Assembly (NCBI GenBank): GCA_030681595.1 | Contig: JAUXSB010000037.1 | Location: 232,648-296,647 of the forward strand | Reading direction: 5' to 3' | DNA length: 64,000 nucleotides | Origin: Candidatus Omnitrophota bacterium | GTDB taxonomy: Bacteria > Omnitrophota > Gorgyraeia > Ghiorseimicrobiales > Ghiorseimicrobiaceae | Shown: piece after piece, positions 27,396 to 38,111 of the stretch | Position numbering within the stretch: the first letter of the stretch is position 1 | Layout: the number at the start of each line of letters is the position of its first letter | Position numbers and translations under genes: made by a program | Notes under the pieces: model-generated | What the model saw: the letters and a program-made list of their open reading frames with translations, nothing else | Database searches by the model: none | Told to the model about the DNA's origin: nothing

Positions 27396-27697
27396 TATTT
27401 CTCGATTGCTTTAAGTTCCGTTCCGTCCGCCGGGCAATAGGTAGTGCCAGCGGTAAAACGCTTTCCGCAGAGAGGGCAGAATTTAGCATCCATCTTCTCA
27501 CCGATTAAAGCACCGGCTGCTGCGCCGCCTAAACCACCTATCAAGGCACCTTCACCGCCGCGCCCGGACTGATGACCGATAATCGCCCCCAATCCCGCAC
27601 CAGCGGCCGTTCCGATAGCAGCACCCTTCTGTACTGTAGAGCAACCGGACATTGCGAATAAACCCAAGATTAAAATCACCGCAAATATCTTTTTCAT
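27395..27697 (-). CDS. Small lipoprotein with a glycine-zipper region and a C-terminal zinc-ribbon (CPLCG...CPADG).
   Basis: Lipobox LFAMSGCS, Gly-rich GxxxG repeats, and two CxxC pairs. Confidence 0.55.
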   Translation of the reverse strand: MKKIFAVILILGLFAMSGCSTVQKGAAIGTAAGAGLGAIIGHQSGRGGEGALIGGLGGAAAGALIGEKMDAKFCPLCGKRFTAGTTYCPADGTELKAIEK

Positions 27698-27770
27698 TAG
27701 TTCACCTCCTTAATTATTCTTATGACTAATTATTTAACCACTTGTTGAAGCTTTTGTCAATAATATAAAA

Positions 27771-28370
27771 CTACTTAATCAACCTGATCCTATTCAGCGG
27801 CCAATAGATAACAAAAGCCCTGCCGATCAGGTATTTCTTTGGAACAAAGCCCCAATAGCGGCTATCGTGGCTTGATTTACTATTATCCCCTAAGACAAAA
27901 TAACTGTCTTGCGGAACGTAAATTTTCTTATCCTCTCCGCCATAGCCGCCGTAATTATAATAAAACCTGCCACTTATTTTAGAGTCATCTATCACTTTAT
28001 CATTTACGTAAATTCTCCCGTTCTTAATCTCTACTGTATCCCCGCCTAAACCGATGAGGCGCTTGATAAAATCACGTTTTTTATCTACAGGGTAGAGAAA
28101 CACTACCACGTCCCCCCTTTGCGGATGACTTATGCCGGAAAGCCGTATATCGGTAAAGGGGATTTTAGCGCCATACCAAAACTTACTTACCAAAAGCATA
28201 TCGCCTTCTTTTAAAGTAGGGCGCATTGAACCGGTTGGAATTTTAAAAGCCTGCACTACAAAAGTACGGATGATTAAAAATAAAATAAATGCATAAACCG
28301 CTGAATCTATCCATTCACGTAATGCCGACTTTTGAATAAAGCCTTTTTTATTTTTCTGGTTATCATGTTT
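27771..28370 (-). CDS. lepB: Signal peptidase I LepB. Start at MKHDNQ gives a 1-nt overlap with the lepA stop; the longest ORF reaches 28499.
   Basis: GSMRPTL Ser box and a GDNSKSSHDSRYWG box. Confidence 0.85.
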   Translation of the reverse strand, partial: KHDNQKNKKGFIQKSALREWIDSAVYAFILFLIIRTFVVQAFKIPTGSMRPTLKEGDMLLVSKFWYGAKIPFTDIRLSGISHPQRGDVVVFLYPVDKKRDFIKRLIGLGGDTVEIKNGRIYVNDKVIDDSKISGRFYYNYGGYGGEDKKIYVPQDSYFVLGDNSKSSHDSRYWGFVPKKYLIGRAFVIYWPLNRIRLIK

Positions 28371-30166
28371 CATAATTTTAATACCGCCAGGAACGCTTCT
28401 TGCGGGATCTCTACGCTTCCAAACTGTTTCATCCGCTTCTTGCCTTCTTTTTGCTTTTCCCAAAGTTTGCGCTTGCGGGTAATATCCCCTCCATAACACT
28501 TTGCCGTCACGTTTTTCCCTACGGGGCGTACACTTTCGGCGGCGATAATCTGGCTACCGATCGCAGCCTGTATAGAAACCTCAAATAACTGACGCGGGAT
28601 AAGCTCTTTTAGCTTATCTACTAAAGCGCGCCCTTTAAGATATGCCTTTTCTTTATGCACCAGGCAAGAGAAAGCATCGCAGATTTTTTTATTAATAAGT
28701 ATCTCGAGACGCACAATATCGCTAGGAAAATAACCCTCAAACTCATAGTCAAGCGAACCGTAACCGCGCGTCACCGACTTTATCTTGTCATAAAAATCGA
28801 CGATTATCTCGGCTAAAGGCATATCAAAAGTAACCCTTACCCTATTTTCCCCCATGTATTCGGTCGCCGCGTAAAGACCTCTCTTGTCCTTTGCCATCTC
28901 ACATATTGAGCTAAGTGAATCTGTAGGAATTAAAATCGCGGCTTTAACATACGGCTCTTCAATTTCCTCTATCTCTGACGGTTGAGGAAACTTTGCTGGA
29001 TTATCTACTTCAATAAATTCACCGTTTCGTTTTTTCAGCTTATAAGCAACATTGGGGGTGGTGATGACTAAATTTAAGTTGTATTCCCGCTCAAGCCGCT
29101 CCTGAACTATTTCCATGTGTAAAAGCCCAAGGAAGCCGCAGCGAAAGCCGTATCCGAAAGAAGTGGAACTTTCCGGCTCATGCACAAAAGAAGCATCGGA
29201 AAGCTTTAATTTTTCCAAAGATTCTCTTAAATTTGTAAAATCACCGGAATTCACCGGATATATCCCGCAAAACACAAGTGGTTTTAGTCTTTTATAACCG
29301 GTTAACACGGCACTAGCCGGATTGTTTGCTGTAGTAACCGTATCCCCCACCGCCACATCGACCGCAGCTCGGATATTCGCGATAAAATAACCTACTTCGC
29401 CTGAAGCAAGCTCATCAACGGACGAAAGCTTCAAATCTTTTATTACGCCTAACTCTTCAATCTTATAATCGGTTTTTGTCTGCATCATCCTTACAGTGAC
29501 GCCTTTGGTAATTTTGCCATTAACAACCCTAACATAAACAATTACCCCTCGGTAGTTATCAAAGACTGAATCAAAAACTAACGCCTGTAAGGGAAGGCAA
29601 GGATCACCAGACGGGGCAGGCACAACCTCAATCACGCGTTCTAAAATTTCTTCTATACCCCTGCCCTCTTTTGCTGATGCCAGGATAATTTCTTCATCCT
29701 TAAACTTTAATATCTCTACAAGCTGTTTCCTGACCTTAGGTAAATCAATACTGGCTAAATCTATTTTATTGATTATAGGTATAACCACCAGCTTATGCTC
29801 GCAGGCAAGATAAAAGTTCGCTACTGTCTGCGCTTCAATCCCTTGCGAAGCATCTACTAATAAAAGGGCACCCTCGCAAGCGGCTATAGATTTCGATACC
29901 TCATAGGTAAAATCTACATGGCCGGGCGTATCAATGAGATTAAACACATAGTTCTTTGCATCTTTTGCTTTGTACTCTATGCGCACCGCTGAAGCTTTAA
30001 TGGTAATTCCGCGCTCACGCTCTAAATCCATATCGTCCAACATCTGCTCCCTGATATTACGCCGGTCAATGACCGAAGTTTTTTCTAATATTCTGTCGGC
30101 AAGCGTGGATTTACCATGATCAATGTGGGCAATAATACAAAAATTACGAATTAGAGATTTATCCAT
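28370..30166 (-). CDS. lepA: Elongation factor 4 LepA.
   Basis: IIAHIDHGKSTL G-domain; 598 aa with a LepA C-terminal domain. Confidence 0.95.
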   Translation of the reverse strand: MDKSLIRNFCIIAHIDHGKSTLADRILEKTSVIDRRNIREQMLDDMDLERERGITIKASAVRIEYKAKDAKNYVFNLIDTPGHVDFTYEVSKSIAACEGALLLVDASQGIEAQTVANFYLACEHKLVVIPIINKIDLASIDLPKVRKQLVEILKFKDEEIILASAKEGRGIEEILERVIEVVPAPSGDPCLPLQALVFDSVFDNYRGVIVYVRVVNGKITKGVTVRMMQTKTDYKIEELGVIKDLKLSSVDELASGEVGYFIANIRAAVDVAVGDTVTTANNPASAVLTGYKRLKPLVFCGIYPVNSGDFTNLRESLEKLKLSDASFVHEPESSTSFGYGFRCGFLGLLHMEIVQERLEREYNLNLVITTPNVAYKLKKRNGEFIEVDNPAKFPQPSEIEEIEEPYVKAAILIPTDSLSSICEMAKDKRGLYAATEYMGENRVRVTFDMPLAEIIVDFYDKIKSVTRGYGSLDYEFEGYFPSDIVRLEILINKKICDAFSCLVHKEKAYLKGRALVDKLKELIPRQLFEVSIQAAIGSQIIAAESVRPVGKNVTAKCYGGDITRKRKLWEKQKEGKKRMKQFGSVEIPQEAFLAVLKL

Positions 30167-30215
30167 TTATGCTCTGCGTACCAAGTATCACGTATCATGT
30201 CAAACTTGTTACTTG

Positions 30216-30887
30216 CTACGTGCAACGTGTAACATTTATCTTTTTCAAAATTGTATCCACCACTTCTTCAATCGTCATATCCGTCGTATCTACATAAACC
30301 GCGTCTTGGGCCTTTTTAAGCGGGCCGATTTCCCTCGAAGAATCAATTTTATCGCGTAGCAAAACATTCGCTTTTACATCATTAGGTTTTGCGCCCGGCA
30401 TCTCTTTAACCCTGCGCTTTGCCCGCTCATTGACGCTGGCATCTAAATAGAACTTATAGCGCGCGTCTGGAAAAACAACCGTGCCTATATCCCTGCCTTC
30501 AAGCACGACACCTTTACCAGACGCAAGCCTTCTCTGCTCTTTGACCATAATCTCTCTAACTTCCTTAATCTTGGCAACATCCGAAACGTGCGAATTAACT
30601 TTTGGGCTGCGTATTTCGCAAGTTACATCAATGCTATTAAGGCTCACCCTTAGGCCTGCGGGAGTATCTTCTAATTCAATGCGGCATTTTTTAGCAAGCT
30701 TGGTAACAGATGAATTATCTAGGGGGTTAACATTATTGGATAAGGCGGCAAAGGTGAGCGCCCGGTACATCGCCCCGGTATCAATATATAACAACTTTAA
30801 TTTTTTCGCGATAAGCTTGGCAACAGTACTCTTCCCTGAACCTGCCGGGCCATCAATGGCAACAACAAAATTTTTATCTTCCGTCAT
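30216..30887 (-). CDS. cmk: Cytidylate kinase.
   Basis: IAIDGPAGSGKSTVAK motif. Confidence 0.9.
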   Translation of the reverse strand: MTEDKNFVVAIDGPAGSGKSTVAKLIAKKLKLLYIDTGAMYRALTFAALSNNVNPLDNSSVTKLAKKCRIELEDTPAGLRVSLNSIDVTCEIRSPKVNSHVSDVAKIKEVREIMVKEQRRLASGKGVVLEGRDIGTVVFPDARYKFYLDASVNERAKRRVKEMPGAKPNDVKANVLLRDKIDSSREIGPLKKAQDAVYVDTTDMTIEEVVDTILKKINVTRCT

Positions 30888-30898
30888 CTATATACGTA

Positions 30899-31738
30899 TC
30901 AAACTAATTTATCACGTTTTGATTTTATGTTTCTAATCCTGGTAAAAAGCCTCCTGCCGTCCTTTTTCCTGATTAGAATAGAAAATTCGCAAATCTGTTT
31001 CTGAAACGCCTTGATTGATTTCAGGATAGCCTGCCGGTTAGTAAGGAATATTTCTGTCCAAAGTAAAGGGTCGCTTGACGCAATCCGCGTAGTATCCCTT
31101 AATCCGCTTCCCGCATAACCCAAATAACTTTCCGGCAGCGAACCGATTAAACCAAAAGCAGCCAAATGCGGCAGATGGCTCGTAGCCGCAATAATTCTAT
31201 CATGCGTTTTCGGCTCTAAGATTTTTACCTTTGCCCCTACTTTTTTCCAGAATAGTTTAAGCTTTCGGGTATTCGCCTGAATGTTTACCTTTGCCGGAGT
31301 CAATATGCAGAGCGAATCATTAAATAGTTCTGCCGTGGCGTTATCAATACCTCGTTTTTCGGAACCGGCCAACGGATGCGACCCGATAAAATCTATACCT
31401 TTCGGCAAGGTTCTTTGTGCCGCTTTTACAATTTCAAATTTAGTACTGCCCACATCGCTAATTACAGCGCCACGTTTTATATACGGCTTTATTTGGCCTA
31501 AAAGCTCAATTATGGTTTTTACCGGCGTAGCGAGAATTATCAAGTCGCAATTGCTTAATATTTTAAAGTCTAGTGACCCGCAATCAATAGCGCCTAATTT
31601 TAAGGCGGCATCCAAGGTTCTTTTCTTGCGTGTCACACCTACGATTTCACTGCCTACGGCGTTTTTCCTTATCGCCATGCCTAAGGAGCCGCCGATCAAA
31701 CCTAACCCTACAATTCCTATCCTATTAAATAATTTCAT
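30899..31738 (-). CDS. tyrA: Prephenate/arogenate dehydrogenase.
   Basis: IGIVGLGLIGGSLG Rossmann motif; 279 aa TyrA family. Confidence 0.8.
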   Translation of the reverse strand: MKLFNRIGIVGLGLIGGSLGMAIRKNAVGSEIVGVTRKKRTLDAALKLGAIDCGSLDFKILSNCDLIILATPVKTIIELLGQIKPYIKRGAVISDVGSTKFEIVKAAQRTLPKGIDFIGSHPLAGSEKRGIDNATAELFNDSLCILTPAKVNIQANTRKLKLFWKKVGAKVKILEPKTHDRIIAATSHLPHLAAFGLIGSLPESYLGYAGSGLRDTTRIASSDPLLWTEIFLTNRQAILKSIKAFQKQICEFSILIRKKDGRRLFTRIRNIKSKRDKLV

Positions 31739-31739
31739 A

Positions 31740-32756
31740 CTAGAGTTCTCTTCCCACGGCTTTAGCCAATATCCTTAATTCCTGCATCAACTCGGAAAAC
31801 TTTTCCGGGAGAAGCGACTGCGCGCCATCAGAAAGCGCCTCCTCCGGGTGTGAATGTACCTCAATAATCAATCCGTCGCATCCGGCAGCAACACCAGCTT
31901 TAGCTAATGGAGAAACTAAATTCCACTTTCCGGCGGCATGTGAAGGGTCAATAATCACGGGCAAATGAGACAACTGCTTTATTACCGGTACTGCGCTTAT
32001 ATCCAGAGTATTGCGTGTCGAGTCTTCAAAAGTCCTGATACCGCGCTCACAAAGCATCAGGTTAAGGTTTCCACCGGATAATACATACTCCGCGCTCATC
32101 AATAAATCTTTTATGGTTGAAGAAAGGCCACGCTTAAGCAAAATAGGCTTCTTAGTAAGCCCGACTTCTTTTAACAGGTTAAAATTCTGCATGTTACGCG
32201 CGCCGATTTGGAGTATATCCGCGTATCTCTCTACCAAAGCAATATCACGCGTATCCATTACTTCCGTCACCGTAGCCAAGCCCAATTCTTTACCAACCTG
32301 GCTCAAATACTTTAGGCCTTCCTCGCCTAAACCTTGAAAGCTATATGGCGATGTACGCGGTTTAAACGCGCCCCCCCGCAATACTGTCGCCCCGGCCTTC
32401 TTAACCGCTTTGGCAATTTCATAAAGGTTATCAAGATTTTCTATCGCGCATGGGCCGGCCATAACTATAACCTTCCTTGCCCCGATAACCAGATTCCCGC
32501 CTAATTTTATTGTCGTGCCTTCGGTCTTAAAATCGCGCGCCGCAAGTTTATACGGAGTTAGTACCGGCATTACGTTTTCCACTCCGGGGAAAACTTCCAG
32601 AGGTGTTACCCTTAAAATATCTTCCGGCCCGATTACTCCGATAATCGTGCGCTCCACCCCCTTTGAAACAAGCGGCTTAAGCCCCAGCTTGGTTATCCGC
32701 TCAACAATATGGTCTATCTGAGCTTGGGTTGCATCCGATTTTAAAACTATAATCAT
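31740..32756 (-). CDS. 3-deoxy-7-phosphoheptulonate (DAHP) synthase, type I-beta, with an N-terminal regulatory domain. Start placed at MIIVLK.
   Basis: N-terminus MIIVLK matches Thermotoga-type DAHPS. Body carries the KDO8P/DAHP synthase core (GPCAIEN, KPRTSPYSFQGLG). Confidence 0.85.
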   Translation of the reverse strand: MIIVLKSDATQAQIDHIVERITKLGLKPLVSKGVERTIIGVIGPEDILRVTPLEVFPGVENVMPVLTPYKLAARDFKTEGTTIKLGGNLVIGARKVIVMAGPCAIENLDNLYEIAKAVKKAGATVLRGGAFKPRTSPYSFQGLGEEGLKYLSQVGKELGLATVTEVMDTRDIALVERYADILQIGARNMQNFNLLKEVGLTKKPILLKRGLSSTIKDLLMSAEYVLSGGNLNLMLCERGIRTFEDSTRNTLDISAVPVIKQLSHLPVIIDPSHAAGKWNLVSPLAKAGVAAGCDGLIIEVHSHPEEALSDGAQSLLPEKFSELMQELRILAKAVGREL

Positions 32757-32764
32757 TTTGTCAG

Positions 32765-33895
32765 TTAGACAACACTTGCGCAATTCCGATTAGCGCAAGG
32801 TGTCAATCCTTTCTTTAATAATACTCTCTTTAGCGCCTCGATAAATCTCTTATTTTCAGCTGGTTTCCCGATAGTCACGCGTATAAAAGTATCCAATCCA
32901 TACTGCTTCATATCGCGTACAATTACGCCGTATTTTAGCATCTCCTTAAACACGCTGATCGTATTTTTCCCGGCATCAAAAAGGATAAAATTTGCCTGGC
33001 TGGGGATATAATTAATCCCCATTTCGTCAAAAAATTTGTAAATATATTTCTTTTCGTTTAAGACCAGCTTACGCGATTTTAAAACAAATTCCTTATCCGA
33101 GATAGCGGCAAAAGCCGCGGCTTGCGCTAAGCTGTTCACGTTAAAAGGCGGCCGCGCCTTTTCCATGAAAGATATAAATCCTTCCTTCGCTATAGCGTAA
33201 CCTATCCGCAATCCTGCTAAACCATAGATTTTAGAAAAAGTACGCAGGATAATTACGTTTTTTTTATTTAAATACCCCCGCGTATTAGGAAAGTCATTTG
33301 CGTCCACAAACTCATTATAAGCCTCGTCAAAAATAACAACCACGTTTGGCGGCAGGCCATCAAGGAAATCCATTACCTCTCTATCATTGACATACGTCCC
33401 TGTGGGGTTATTGGGATTTGCCACAAAAACTACTTTTGTTTTTCTATTTATTTTGTTTTTTATTCCCTTGAGGTCATATTTAAAATTATGCTGCGGGACA
33501 GTTACAACTTTACGCCCGTTAACTTTGCTGATAATCTCATATTCTAAAAATGTAAGCTGGGAAGTAAGCACCTCTTCGTCTTTTTCTACGAATGTTTTCA
33601 CAATAACATCGATTAACTCATCGGAGCCGTTACCGAAGATAATGTTGGCGGGCTTAAGCCTTAATTCTTTAGCGAGCTTCTCCTTTAGATAAAAGCAACT
33701 TCCTTCGGGGTAGCGGTTAATCCGGCCTAAAGCAGACTTTAGCGCGTTTTTTACCCTGACCGAGACCAGCGGGTTCTCGTTAGAGGCTAATTTTATTACC
33801 TCTTTTAGGCCCAGCTCTCTTTTTACTTCCTCGATAGGTTTTCCCGCCTGATAAGGCGTGAGATCAAAAATATTCTTTGTAATCTTTGTTTTCAT
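32765..33895 (-). CDS. hisC: Histidinol-phosphate/aromatic aminotransferase family protein.
   Basis: 376 aa; class II aminotransferase motifs ahead of the lysine pocket (FSKIYGLAGLRIGY). Confidence 0.8.
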   Translation of the reverse strand: MKTKITKNIFDLTPYQAGKPIEEVKRELGLKEVIKLASNENPLVSVRVKNALKSALGRINRYPEGSCFYLKEKLAKELRLKPANIIFGNGSDELIDVIVKTFVEKDEEVLTSQLTFLEYEIISKVNGRKVVTVPQHNFKYDLKGIKNKINRKTKVVFVANPNNPTGTYVNDREVMDFLDGLPPNVVVIFDEAYNEFVDANDFPNTRGYLNKKNVIILRTFSKIYGLAGLRIGYAIAKEGFISFMEKARPPFNVNSLAQAAAFAAISDKEFVLKSRKLVLNEKKYIYKFFDEMGINYIPSQANFILFDAGKNTISVFKEMLKYGVIVRDMKQYGLDTFIRVTIGKPAENKRFIEALKRVLLKKGLTPCANRNCASVV

Positions 33896-34419
33896 TGTTG
33901 ATTATTACAGGTAACTGCGGCTCCCGGGCATTGAGCTGCGCGCAAAACGCTTCCTCCTACAATGGGGAAATTACCGGTAGTCATCTCCATATGCATCCAG
34001 CGGTTTAGATTTGGCCCCCTTAGCCTTTGGGCAAAAGGCACACATCTTAAATTTTGGGGATCACTTCCATATCCTGCCGTGCCGGGGTTGCATCCGCACG
34101 GAGGCCTAACTTCCACGCCGTATCGCCAGTCGTTCGTATCCTGAACCTGCTCAATCCTTAACGTAGCCCAGAAAGGACTTTTAGCGGCTGCCGCTAAAGT
34201 TATATCTACCCCCACATAATTACCTCTTTCAGCCCGAAATATTTTTTCAGCGCCCTTGATGCTGCGCAATACACTCTGCGCCTCTTTAATTTTGGCGTCT
34301 TCCACTGCCAGTTCAAAACGCGGCACAGCCAAAGCCACCAATATGCCTATAATCACCAGCACTACCACTAGTTCTACTAAGGTGAAGCTCTTTCTATTCT
34401 TAAGGGCGGCATTTATCAT
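33892..34419 (-). CDS. Type IV pilin-like / pseudopilin-like protein with a Cys-rich C-terminal region.
   Basis: N-terminus KSFTLVELVVVLVIIGILVALAVP (class III signal-like, with Ser at -1). Confidence 0.6.
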   Translation of the reverse strand: MINAALKNRKSFTLVELVVVLVIIGILVALAVPRFELAVEDAKIKEAQSVLRSIKGAEKIFRAERGNYVGVDITLAAAAKSPFWATLRIEQVQDTNDWRYGVEVRPPCGCNPGTAGYGSDPQNLRCVPFAQRLRGPNLNRWMHMEMTTGNFPIVGGSVLRAAQCPGAAVTCNNQQ

Positions 34420-34421
34420 CT

Positions 34422-35498
34422 TTAATCTATATCCGGGTATGAACCTAAAATCCTTAGGTATGTTGCGTCCTGCCTTAATTCATCAAATGCCCTCTTTACT
34501 TTTTTATCCTGAATATGCCCTTGGAGGTCAATAAAAAAATAATAATCCCAAGCCTTCTTCTTGGAAGGGCGCGATTCTATCTTTGTTAAATTAATTTTAT
34601 ATTTTTTAAAAGGCAGTAGCATAGCATGCAATGCTCCGACCCTGTCTTTCACCGAGAATACTGCCGAAGTTTTATCTTTCCCTGTGAGGGAGACTTCATT
34701 TTTACCTACCACCAAAAATCTGGTCACGTTATATTTCGAATCCTCTATCGCTTTGGCTAGAATATTCAGTTTATATATTTCCGCGGCTAAGATCGAAGCG
34801 ATACATGCCGAATTTTTTTCTTTTGTGCAGATTTCTGCGGCACGGCTAGTAGAAGAAACCTCTATCTGTTCGGCATACGGCAGGTTCATCCTCAACCAAA
34901 GCCGGCACTGTCCGAATACCTGCGGATTAGAATAAATTCTTTTAATCTGTTCTTTTTTGCAACGGGAAAGCAGGTTATGCGATACGGGCAGCTTGATCTG
35001 TGCGCAGATATTTAACGGCGAATCCGCCAGCATATCCAAAGTATGGGTTATTGCTCCTTCTGTAGAATTTTCTACCGGTATCACTCCATAATCCGCCATA
35101 TCCTGCTCCACGCTGATAAACACATCGCTTATGCTGTTTGCGGGAACATATTCTACGGATGAGCCGAATTTCTTCAATGCCGCTAAATGCGTAAAAGTCG
35201 CCCGTGGCCCTAGATAAGAGATTTTCAAGTTTTTCTCTAAAGACAGGCTTGAAGACATAATCTCCCTATAAATTGCGGCCAAAGAAGCCGGGCTAAGCGG
35301 CCCTTTATTTATCTTAGAAAGCCTGGATAAGATCCTGCTTTCTCTATCCGGAGAATAAACCGGATGTTTCATCTTGACTTTTAGCCTGCCTATAGCCAGG
35401 CTAATCTGGGCCCTCTGGTTGATAACCCCCAAAATCTTAGAATCCAAACTATCTATTTTTTTACGCAATGCTTCTAAACTTACCTCACTGGTCGCCAC
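34422..35498 (-). CDS. pheA: Bifunctional chorismate mutase / prephenate dehydratase PheA.
   Basis: N-terminal CM domain (LRKKIDSLDSKIL), a PDT domain and a C-terminal ACT domain. Confidence 0.9.
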   Translation of the reverse strand: MATSEVSLEALRKKIDSLDSKILGVINQRAQISLAIGRLKVKMKHPVYSPDRESRILSRLSKINKGPLSPASLAAIYREIMSSSLSLEKNLKISYLGPRATFTHLAALKKFGSSVEYVPANSISDVFISVEQDMADYGVIPVENSTEGAITHTLDMLADSPLNICAQIKLPVSHNLLSRCKKEQIKRIYSNPQVFGQCRLWLRMNLPYAEQIEVSSTSRAAEICTKEKNSACIASILAAEIYKLNILAKAIEDSKYNVTRFLVVGKNEVSLTGKDKTSAVFSVKDRVGALHAMLLPFKKYKINLTKIESRPSKKKAWDYYFFIDLQGHIQDKKVKRAFDELRQDATYLRILGSYPDID

Positions 35499-35499
35499 T

Positions 35500-36048
35500 T
35501 TATACTTCCTTTCTCTCAGACACAGGAACCAAAGAACTGAATTCCTGCATATTTGGTAATTCTTCAGTGGAATTTAATCCAAAATATTCAAGAAATTGTT
35601 TAGTTGTGCCATAGACAAACGGCCTGCCGATTATTTCTTTTCTGCCTACGATGCGAATTAACCCCTTCTCCAATAAATGCTTAATTACACCGTCGGCATT
35701 GACCCCACGGATAGACTCGATATCCAAACGCGTTACCGGCTGCTTATAAGCAACTATGGCTAAAGTCTCAAGTGAAGGCCCGCTGAGGCGTTCGGCGTGC
35801 TTATGCTTATAATATTTTTTCAGCTGCGGGGCAAAATCGGGATTGGTCACCATCTGAAAACCGCCCGCAACTTCAACAATGCGCATACCGCGGCAGTTAT
35901 CTTGATATTCCTTGACAAGCCCTAAGAGAAGTTCCCTGATAACGCTGGCCTCTATCCCCTCTAAGACATTCGCGATCTGCTCAATCAAAAGCGGCCCATC
36001 AGAAACAAACAAAAGCGATTCAATGATATTCTTTTCCTGTTTATCCAT
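35500..36048 (-). CDS. scpB: Segregation and condensation protein B.
   Basis: ScpB family winged-helix protein, 182 aa. Confidence 0.8.
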   Translation of the reverse strand: MDKQEKNIIESLLFVSDGPLLIEQIANVLEGIEASVIRELLLGLVKEYQDNCRGMRIVEVAGGFQMVTNPDFAPQLKKYYKHKHAERLSGPSLETLAIVAYKQPVTRLDIESIRGVNADGVIKHLLEKGLIRIVGRKEIIGRPFVYGTTKQFLEYFGLNSTEELPNMQEFSSLVPVSERKEV

Positions 36049-36674
36049 TACGCCTTTCTTTGTTTGTAAACTTCATTGAGCAACGCTTCTGTTGTCTCTA
36101 TATGCGGCGACCGCAGAAGCGCTTTTTCTATCATATTCTCTGCTTCGCTTCGCTTATATTCCAATTGTAACAATATTTCCAAGGCTTCCTCTTTAAATAA
36201 CTCGCCTTTTTTCTTCTGGCTTAACTTGGAGCCGGTGTCTTGAATAAGGCCGTATTTTGCGACTTTTCCCTGAAGCTTAGCAATAATCTCCTTTGCGCGC
36301 TGTTCCCCTATGCCGGGCAGGCCGCAAAGCATCTTCATATCCCCGTCATCTATTGCTTTTGCGATTACTGGAATCGGCTTGCTTAGTGCGCGCAATGCCG
36401 CTTTTGGGCCTATGCCGGATACGGTGATAAATTTCTCAAAAAAATCCTTTTCAATTTCATTTAAGAAACCAATTAAAACCGGGATGCTTTTGGAAGGATC
36501 CTGCTGCATATAATGATAGGTAACCAGCTTAACTTTACCGTCTTTATCTACTATACCATGAAGTTTTTCTAAAATTATCGGAGCAACCAAAATCTGGTAA
36601 CTTATCCCCTGAATATCCACCACCACATAATCGTCGCCCTTTCGGGCTAATTTTCCTTCAATTTCAATAATCAT
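36048..36674 (-). CDS. ruvA: Holliday junction DNA helicase RuvA.
   Basis: N-terminal OB domain and an HhH GIGPKAALRAL, 208 aa. Confidence 0.85.
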   Translation of the reverse strand: MIIEIEGKLARKGDDYVVVDIQGISYQILVAPIILEKLHGIVDKDGKVKLVTYHYMQQDPSKSIPVLIGFLNEIEKDFFEKFITVSGIGPKAALRALSKPIPVIAKAIDDGDMKMLCGLPGIGEQRAKEIIAKLQGKVAKYGLIQDTGSKLSQKKKGELFKEEALEILLQLEYKRSEAENMIEKALLRSPHIETTEALLNEVYKQRKA

Positions 36675-36687
36675 TTTCGGTGAGCCC

Positions 36688-37182
36688 CTAAGCTTCGGGG
36701 CGAATTAGGCTTTTATTTATCTGCGCATACGCTACAGCCAAAGCTAGGGCGTCACTAACATCAAAAGCATAAGCAGTATTTTTTATTTTAAGGAGCCCTT
36801 CAATCATTTTCTTTACCTGAAGTTTTCCGGCATGGCCCCTGCCCACGATTGCTTTCTTTATCCGCGTGGGAAGATATTCGCGCAAAATAATATTATTTTG
36901 CGCACATAAGAGGCAAATTACTCCCCGCGCCTGCCCCAACAAAAATGCCGTTGCCGGATGGCGCCAGTGGGCATAAATTTTTTCAAGGACTAAGACTTCA
37001 GGTTTAATCTCTTTAATTAATTCAAGAAAGGAAGTATAAATTTCGTTCAACCGTTCTGAAATATTTTGAGTTGAGTTTGTAGTGACGATTCCTGCTTCAA
37101 TAAGCGTAAGGGAAGAGGCGTTTTTTTCTATTGCTCCGTATCCGCAGGCTCTTAAGCCCGGGTCAACACCCAAAATACGCAT
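36688..37182 (-). CDS. ruvC: Holliday junction resolvase RuvC.
   Basis: MRILGVDPGLRACGYG N-terminus. Confidence 0.9.
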   Translation of the reverse strand: MRILGVDPGLRACGYGAIEKNASSLTLIEAGIVTTNSTQNISERLNEIYTSFLELIKEIKPEVLVLEKIYAHWRHPATAFLLGQARGVICLLCAQNNIILREYLPTRIKKAIVGRGHAGKLQVKKMIEGLLKIKNTAYAFDVSDALALAVAYAQINKSLIRPEA

Positions 37183-37364
37183 ATATCTAAATTTTCATGC
37201 TTCGCTAGAAAATTTACCTCCCGAGGAATTTAAAAAATTCCCGGGATTAAATCCCTTGGAATTACTTCGCAATTCCTAGGGACGTAGGGCCGACCGAAAA
37301 AATATTGACAAGATTTTTTCGTGCCCGTCGGGGTACCCCGAATTTACAAATGTAAATTTGGGAG

Positions 37365-38111
37365 TTACGCAGTCTTCTCTAATTCCTCGTCGGGAATATC
37401 AAAATTGGCATGCACTTTCTGTACGTCTTCGTGTTCCTCAAGTGCCTCAATTAAGGCTAAAACATTTTTTGCATCCTGCCCCGTAACCTTAACTAAAGAA
37501 CTGGGGACCATCGTAACCTCGACCTCCTGCATAGGTATCTTGTTATCAGTTAGCGCCTGCTTAACCTTCTCAAAATCCTGTATACTGGTCGTAATCTCAT
37601 AAGCATCGCCTTCGCTTTTCATGTCTTCTGCTCCGGCATTAAGTGCCACATCCATCAATTTTTCTTCGTTCGCTTTATCTTTCTCGACTAAAATATAGCC
37701 TTTTTTGGCAAACATCCAACTGACTGAACCGGCACCGGCTAAATTCCCGTTCTTCTTGGAAAAAAGATTACGCACCTCCGCAGATGCCCGGTTTTTATTA
37801 TCTGTTAAAGCTTCAACTAATATCGCCACTCCCCCGGGGCCATATCCTTCGTAGAATATCGACTCATAAATTACACCGGGGAGCTCACCCGTACCCTTTT
37901 TAATTGCGCGGTCAATATTATCCCAAGGCATATTGCCGCCCTTAGCTTTTTGCACCGCGGTGCGTAACGACACATTAGTTTCCATATTTCCGCCGCCGTT
38001 TCTCGCCGCAACTGTGATTTCTTTAATCAATTTAGTAAATAAAGCGCCGCGTTTTGCATCAGTAGCCGCTTTTTTATGCTTAATACTCGCCCATTTTGAA
38101 TGACCTGACAT
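37365..38111 (-). CDS. yebC: YebC/PmpR family transcriptional regulator.
   Basis: MSGHSKWASIKHKKAA N-terminus. Confidence 0.9.
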   Translation of the reverse strand: MSGHSKWASIKHKKAATDAKRGALFTKLIKEITVAARNGGGNMETNVSLRTAVQKAKGGNMPWDNIDRAIKKGTGELPGVIYESIFYEGYGPGGVAILVEALTDNKNRASAEVRNLFSKKNGNLAGAGSVSWMFAKKGYILVEKDKANEEKLMDVALNAGAEDMKSEGDAYEITTSIQDFEKVKQALTDNKIPMQEVEVTMVPSSLVKVTGQDAKNVLALIEALEEHEDVQKVHANFDIPDEELEKTA